A stretch of DNA of 64,000 nucleotides from Eledone cirrhosa (taxonomy: Eukaryota), in the NCBI GenBank assembly GCA_964016885.1, contig OZ024741.1, forward strand, positions 278,752,001-278,816,000. The letters run 5' to 3'. The notes under the pieces are model-generated. The model did not search any database, was not told the DNA's origin, and saw only the letters and a program-made list of their open reading frames with translations. The position numbers were made by a program, and so were the translations under genes. Positions 57,492 through 64,000 of this stretch are shown here, piece by piece. The first letter of the stretch is position 1. Each line of letters begins with the position of its first letter.

Positions 57492-57721
57492 TGACACGGC
57501 TAGGAGGTATAGGTTAAAAAGAAGATTACACACACGCACACATATATATATAGTAATAATTGTTTCTACTTTTGGCACAAGGCCAGCAAATACCCAGTGT
57601 ATTACTGGTACTACACTGGGTAATTGCTGGCCTTGTGCCAAAAGTAGAAACAATTATTACTATATATATATGTGTGCGTGTGTGTATTCTTCTTTTTAAC
57701 CTATACCTCCTAGCCGTGTCG
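57492..57721. repeat. Palindrome centred on a SINE tail
   Basis: 57492-57600 inverted at 57613-57721. Confidence 0.85.
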
Positions 57722-58774
57722 TAGGGGCGCTGTAGTGTCATACAGCGTATCTCGGTGTTTCTTTTAACATGGCGGATCCCATTTCCTCTCCAGGTTTGAA
57801 CACAACCGATTTTTTTCAGAGAAGGGGAGAGGGGTGATAAAAATAAGTAATAAAGTGGAGAAAACGGCTTGTACTTTTTATCAAACTCGAAAGGATGAAA
57901 AGCACATTTGACTTCGCCTTGGCGGGATTCGAACTCAGAGAGCAGAGAACCGAAACAAATACCGATATTCTAATAAATCGCCCACCAACTGTACCTGATT
58001 GATCTCTCTCTCTTTCTATATATACATATGCCAACAGATTAATTACTAGGAGAAAATGTTTAAGATTCAATTATATTTGATAATGATTAAAGAATATATT
58101 AAAGAAAATTGCTATATTTGATGTAAATAAAAGTAAAATGGAATTACGTGGGAAAATAATATCTAATGCAGTTCATAAATTGCCTGGACACCAAATGTCT
58201 ACTTAAAGCGAAAGAAGTCCCATGTAGTTTGTAACGGAATAAGACGCTGAGGTCGATATAGAAAAACTAGTTACAGGTGTAGAGGCCCCGAGAGAATTTA
58301 ACTGTTCTCAATATTAAATATAAACTTGACTGAAGGTTATACATAATATAATATATAATATGATACAATATAATGTATTATATATTATAAGTATGAAACA
58401 AAACCACAAATTTGTAGTTGAGGAATATATTTCTCACAAGCGGACGCAATGAAACATTGAATATATATTTGCATGTATGTGTGTATGTATGTATGTATGT
58501 ATGTATGTATGTATGTATGTATGTATGTATGTATGTATGTATGCATGCATGTATGTATTGCATATATATGAGGGTTGCACATTTTTTCGGGGGTATGTGT
58601 TACCCATATGAAATGTCTGCCCCTATTGGGGAAAATCGATTAATTTTTAAATTGCATTTGTGATAGTATTTTACACGTTTTTATTGTATGTAAACTTCCT
58701 CCTTTGTATTTGTCCCCTTCTTTTGTGCCCCTGTGTCTAATAAAGAAACATATCTATTTATCTATCTATATCTA

Positions 58775-58857
<83 letters not shown>

Positions 58858-58924
58858 GACGTAAAATAAGAAAATATTTTTTTAAAAAAATTTAAAAAAA
58901 ATTTTTTTCCTTACTTAAATTTTC

Positions 58925-59006
58925 ACTCCAACTAATTAGTTTCTGCAATGGGATAAAGACAGTTACGTAATCCAACTGTCGAGAATTCATTGCGTCATCA
59001 GGAAGT
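58925..59006 (-). ncRNA. Type I HHR in left arm (also 59484-59565, 60044-60125, 60603-60684, 61162-61243)
   Basis: Reverse complement of the motif at 61662-61743. Confidence 0.87.
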
Positions 59007-61661
59007 CTATTCTCAGTTAAGTCTCCAGGCAATGCGCGGACACTGGCGGCTCATATAAAAATAATAATAATTCGGTAGATCGAACAGCTTGCGAGGACTG
59101 GATTCTATGTACCGAAATTCTCACTGCTTCAAGTCAAATGGCCGATTCTAAAGAATCAATCACGTGACACAGAGGCTAGTTAGAAGGAATGGGATGGTAA
59201 GATGACTGACGCCTACTAACACCCCCAAAAAAATTTTTTTTAGAAGTGGTTTTGACAAGTTTGCTCGACAAATCAGTGATTTGGAGATAAATATAGATAA
59301 TTTAATATATCAACTAACATAAGCGCACAGATGCACGCCCATGCCAGCAAATACACAGGTTATGTCATAGTACCTAGGTGGTTCAATGCAGGAGAATGCA
59401 GAACAATAATATAAAGGACGTAAAATAAGAAAATATTTTTTTAAAAAAATTTAAAAAAAATTTTTTTCCTTACTTAAATTTTCACTCCAACTAATTAGTT
59501 TCTGCAATGGGATAAAGACAGTTACGTAATCCAACTGTCGAGAATTCATTGCGTCATCAGGAAGTCTATTCTCAGTTAAGTCTCCAGGCAATGCGCGGAC
59601 ACTGGCGGCTCATATAAAAATAATAATAATTCGGTAGATCGAACAGCTTGCGAGGACTGGATTCTATGTACCGAAATTCTCACTGCTTCAAGTCAAATGG
59701 CCGATTCTAAAGAATCAATCACGTGACACAGAGGCTAGTTAGAAGGAATGGGATGGTAAGATGACTGACGCCTACTAACACCCCCAAAAAAATTTTTTTT
59801 TAGAAGTGGTTTTGACAAGTTTGCTCGACAAATCAGTGATTTGGAGATAAATATAGATAATTTAATATATCAACTAACATAAGCGCACAGATGCACGCCC
59901 ATGCCAGCAAATACACAGGTTATGTCATAGTACCTAGGTGGTTCAATGCAGGAGAATGCAGAACAATAATATAAAGGACGTAAAATAAGAAAATATTTTT
60001 TTAAAAAAATTTAAAAAAAATTTTTTTCCTTACTTAAATTTTCACTCCAACTAATTAGTTTCTGCAATGGGATAAAGACAGTTACGTAATCCAACTGTCG
60101 AGAATTCATTGCGTCATCAGGAAGTCTATTCTCAGTTAAGTCTCCAGGCAATGCGCGGACACTGGCGGCTCATATAAAAATAATAATAATTCGGTAGATC
60201 GAACAGCTTGCGAGGACTGGATTCTATGTACCGAAATTCTCACTGCTTCAAGTCAAATGGCCGATTCTAAAGAATCAATCACGTGACACAGAGGCTAGTT
60301 AGAAGGAATGGGATGGTAAGATGACTGACGCCTACTAACACCCCCAAAAAAATTTTTTTTAGAAGTGGTTTTGACAAGTTTGCTCGACAAATCAGTGATT
60401 TGGAGATAAATATAGATAATTTAATATATCAACTAACATAAGCGCACAGATGCACGCCCATGCCAGCAAATACACAGGTTATGTCATAGTACCTAGGTGG
60501 TTCAATGCAGGAGAATGCAGAACAATAATATAAAGGACGTAAAATAAGAAAATATTTTTTTAAAAAAATTTAAAAAAAATTTTTTTCCTTACTTAAATTT
60601 TCACTCCAACTAATTAGTTTCTGCAATGGGATAAAGACAGTTACGTAATCCAACTGTCGAGAATTCATTGCGTCATCAGGAAGTCTATTCTCAGTTAAGT
60701 CTCCAGGCAATGCGCGGACACTGGCGGCTCATATAAAAATAATAATAATTCGGTAGATCGAACAGCTTGCGAGGACTGGATTCTATGTACCGAAATTCTC
60801 ACTGCTTCAAGTCAAATGGCCGATTCTAAAGAATCAATCACGTGACACAGAGGCTAGTTAGAAGGAATGGGATGGTAAGATGACTGACGCCTACTAACAC
60901 CCCCAAAAAAATTTTTTTTAGAAGTGGTTTTGACAAGTTTGCTCGACAAATCAGTGATTTGGAGATAAATATAGATAATTTAATATATCAACTAACATAA
61001 GCGCACAGATGCACGCCCATGCCAGCAAATACACAGGTTATGTCATAGTACCTAGGTGGTTCAATGCAGGAGAATGCAGAACAATAATATAAAGGACGTA
61101 AAATAAGAAAATATTTTTTTAAAAAAATTTAAAAAAAATTTTTTTCCTTACTTAAATTTTCACTCCAACTAATTAGTTTCTGCAATGGGATAAAGACAGT
61201 TACGTAATCCAACTGTCGAGAATTCATTGCGTCATCAGGAAGTCTATTCTCAGTTAAGTCTCCAGGCAATGCGCGGACACTGGCGGCTCATATAAAAATA
61301 ATAATAATTCGGTAGATCGAACAGCTTGCGAGGACTGGATTCTATGTACCGAAATTCTCACTGCTTCAAGTCAAATGGCCGATTCTAAAGAATCAATCAC
61401 GTGACACAGAGGCTAGTTAGAAGGAATGGGATGGTAAGATGACTGACGCCTACTAACACCCCCAAAAAAATTTTTTTTAGAAGTGGTTTTGACAAGTTTG
61501 CTCGACAAATCAGTGATTTGGAGATAAATATAGATAATTTAATATATCAACTAACATAAGCGCACAGATGCACGCCCAAGCTGTTCGATCTACCGAATTA
61601 TTATTATTTTTATATGAGCCGCCAGTGTCCGCGCATTGCCTGGAGACTTAACTGAGAATAG

Positions 61662-61743
61662 ACTTCCTGATGACGCAATGAATTCTCGACAGTTGGATTA
61701 CGTAACTGTCTTTATCCCATTGCAGAAACTAATTAGTTGGAGT
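61662..61743 (+). ncRNA. Type I HHR in right arm (also 62223-62304, 62782-62863, 63341-63422, 63900-63981)
   Basis: ACUUC-CUGAUGA-C-GCAAUG..GACAGUUG/UAACUGUC..CAUUGC-A-GAAAC-UAAUUA-GUU-GGAGU; predicted cut after 61738. Confidence 0.87.
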
Positions 61744-64000
61744 GAAAATTTAAGTAAGGAAAAAAATTTTTTTTAAATTTTTTTAAAAAAATATTTTCTT
61801 ATTTTACGTCCTTTATATTATTGTTCTGCATTCTCCTGCATTGAACCACCTAGGTACTATGACATAACCTGTGTATTTGCTGGCATGGGCGTGCATCTGT
61901 GCGCTTATGTTAGTTGATATATTAAATTATCTATATTTATCTCCAAATCACTGATTTGTCGAGCAAACTTGTCAAAACCACTTCTAAAAAAAAAATTTTT
62001 TTGGGGGTGTTAGTAGGCGTCAGTCATCTTACAATCCCATTCCTTCTAACTAGCCTCTGTGTCACGTGATTGATTCTTTAGAATCGGCCATTTGACTTGA
62101 AGCAGTGAGAATTTCGGTACATAGAATCCAGTCCTCGCAAGCTGTTCGATCTACCGAATTATTATTATTTTTATATGAGCCGCCAGTGTCCGCGCATTGC
62201 CTGGAGACTTAACTGAGAATAGACTTCCTGATGACGCAATGAATTCTCGACAGTTGGATTACGTAACTGTCTTTATCCCATTGCAGAAACTAATTAGTTG
62301 GAGTGAAAATTTAAGTAAGGAAAAAAATTTTTTTTAAATTTTTTTAAAAAAATATTTTCTTATTTTACGTCCTTTATATTATTGTTCTGCATTCTCCTGC
62401 ATTGAACCACCTAGGTACTATGACATAACCTGTGTATTTGCTGGCATGGGCGTGCATCTGTGCGCTTATGTTAGTTGATATATTAAATTATCTATATTTA
62501 TCTCCAAATCACTGATTTGTCGAGCAAACTTGTCAAAACCACTTCTAAAAAAAATTTTTTTGGGGGTGTTAGTAGGCGTCAGTCATCTTACCATCCCATT
62601 CCTTCTAACTAGCCTCTGTGTCACGTGATTGATTCTTTAGAATCGGCCATTTGACTTGAAGCAGTGAGAATTTCGGTACATAGAATCCAGTCCTCGCAAG
62701 CTGTTCGATCTACCGAATTATTATTATTTTTATATGAGCCGCCAGTGTCCGCGCATTGCCTGGAGACTTAACTGAGAATAGACTTCCTGATGACGCAATG
62801 AATTCTCGACAGTTGGATTACGTAACTGTCTTTATCCCATTGCAGAAACTAATTAGTTGGAGTGAAAATTTAAGTAAGGAAAAAAATTTTTTTTAAATTT
62901 TTTTAAAAAAATATTTTCTTATTTTACGTCCTTTATATTATTGTTCTGCATTCTCCTGCATTGAACCACCTAGGTACTATGACATAACCTGTGTATTTGC
63001 TGGCATGGGCGTGCATCTGTGCGCTTATGTTAGTTGATATATTAAATTATCTATATTTATCTCCAAATCACTGATTTGTCGAGCAAACTTGTCAAAACCA
63101 CTTCTAAAAAAAATTTTTTGGGGGGTGTTAGTAGGCGTCAGTCATCTTACCATCCCATTCCTTCTAACTAGCCTCTGTGTCACGTGATTGATTCTTTAGA
63201 ATCGGCCATTTGACTTGAAGCAGTGAGAATTTCGGTACATAGAATCCAGTCCTCGCAAGCTGTTCGATCTACCGAATTATTATTATTTTTATATGAGCCG
63301 CCAGTGTCCGCGCATTGCCTGGAGACTTAACTGAGAATAGACTTCCTGATGACGCAATGAATTCTCGACAGTTGGATTACGTAACTGTCTTTATCCCATT
63401 GCAGAAACTAATTAGTTGGAGTGAAAATTTAAGTAAGGAAAAAAATTTTTTTTAAATTTTTTTAAAAAAATATTTTCTTATTTTACGTCCTTTATATTAT
63501 TGTTCTGCATTCTCCTGCATTGAACCACCTAGGTACTATGACATAACCTGTGTATTTGCTGGCATGGGCGTGCATCTGTGCGCTTATGTTAGTTGATATA
63601 TTAAATTATCTATATTTATCTCCAAATCACTGATTTGTCGAGCAAACTTGTCAAAACCACTTCTAAAAAAAATTTTTTTGGGGGTGTTAGTAGGCGTCAG
63701 TCATCTTACCATCCCATTCCTTCTAACTAGCCTCTGTGTCACGTGATTGATTCTTTAGAATCGGCCATTTGACTTGAAGCAGTGAGAATTTCGGTACATA
63801 GAATCCAGTCCTCGCAAGCTGTTCGATCTACCGAATTATTATTATTTTTATATGAGCCGCCAGTGTCCGCGCATTGCCTGGAGACTTAACTGAGAATAGA
63901 CTTCCTGATGACGCAATGAATTCTCGACAGTTGGATTACGTAACTGTCTTTATCCCATTGCAGAAACTAATTAGTTGGAGTGAAAATTTAAGTAAGGAAA

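Larger units (their letters stand above)
58853..64000. repeat. ~559-bp HHR-containing tandem array with central inversion (retrozyme-like)
   Basis: Unit starts at 58853, 59412, 59972, 60531, 61090; strand switch at 61577-61578; inverted units from 61578, 62139, 62698, 63257, 63816; almost only homopolymer-length differences. Confidence 0.95.

Noticed and set aside
58853-61578. Second, opposite-polarity ribozyme or ORF in the 559-bp unit (viroid-like ambisense), or 5S/snRNA array
   Set aside because: No second CUGANGA/GAAA fold seen by eye, no ORF in the track, no recognisable 5S or snRNA sequence; other ribozyme classes not excluded without a covariance search

Overview
Eukaryotic, AT- and microsatellite-rich window made almost entirely of mobile DNA. 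It is probably cephalopod/octopus, inferred from the SINE types and repeat style and not verified. No confident host protein gene is present. It contains R4/Dong-clade RLE non-LTR retrotransposons sitting in (AAT)n or (ATAC)n tracts (two with long open ORFs), L1/Tx1-like and RTE fragments, many tRNA-derived SINEs, a Buster-type hAT with perfect TIRs/TSD, two deleted mariners and a Helitron remnant. The most notable signal is a set of non-coding, (TA)n-anchored, mostly palindromic elements carrying type I hammerhead ribozyme (HHR) motifs, together with a Penelope GIY-YIG fragment. The largest is a near-perfect ~559-bp tandem array (58853-64000) with one HHR per unit and a central inversion. A diverged relative at 53.7-54.1 kb shows compensatory base changes in the ribozyme stems. 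This looks like a retrozyme/Penelope-parasite system that could produce ~559-nt circular RNAs. Coordinates were read by eye and degenerate element ends are approximate.
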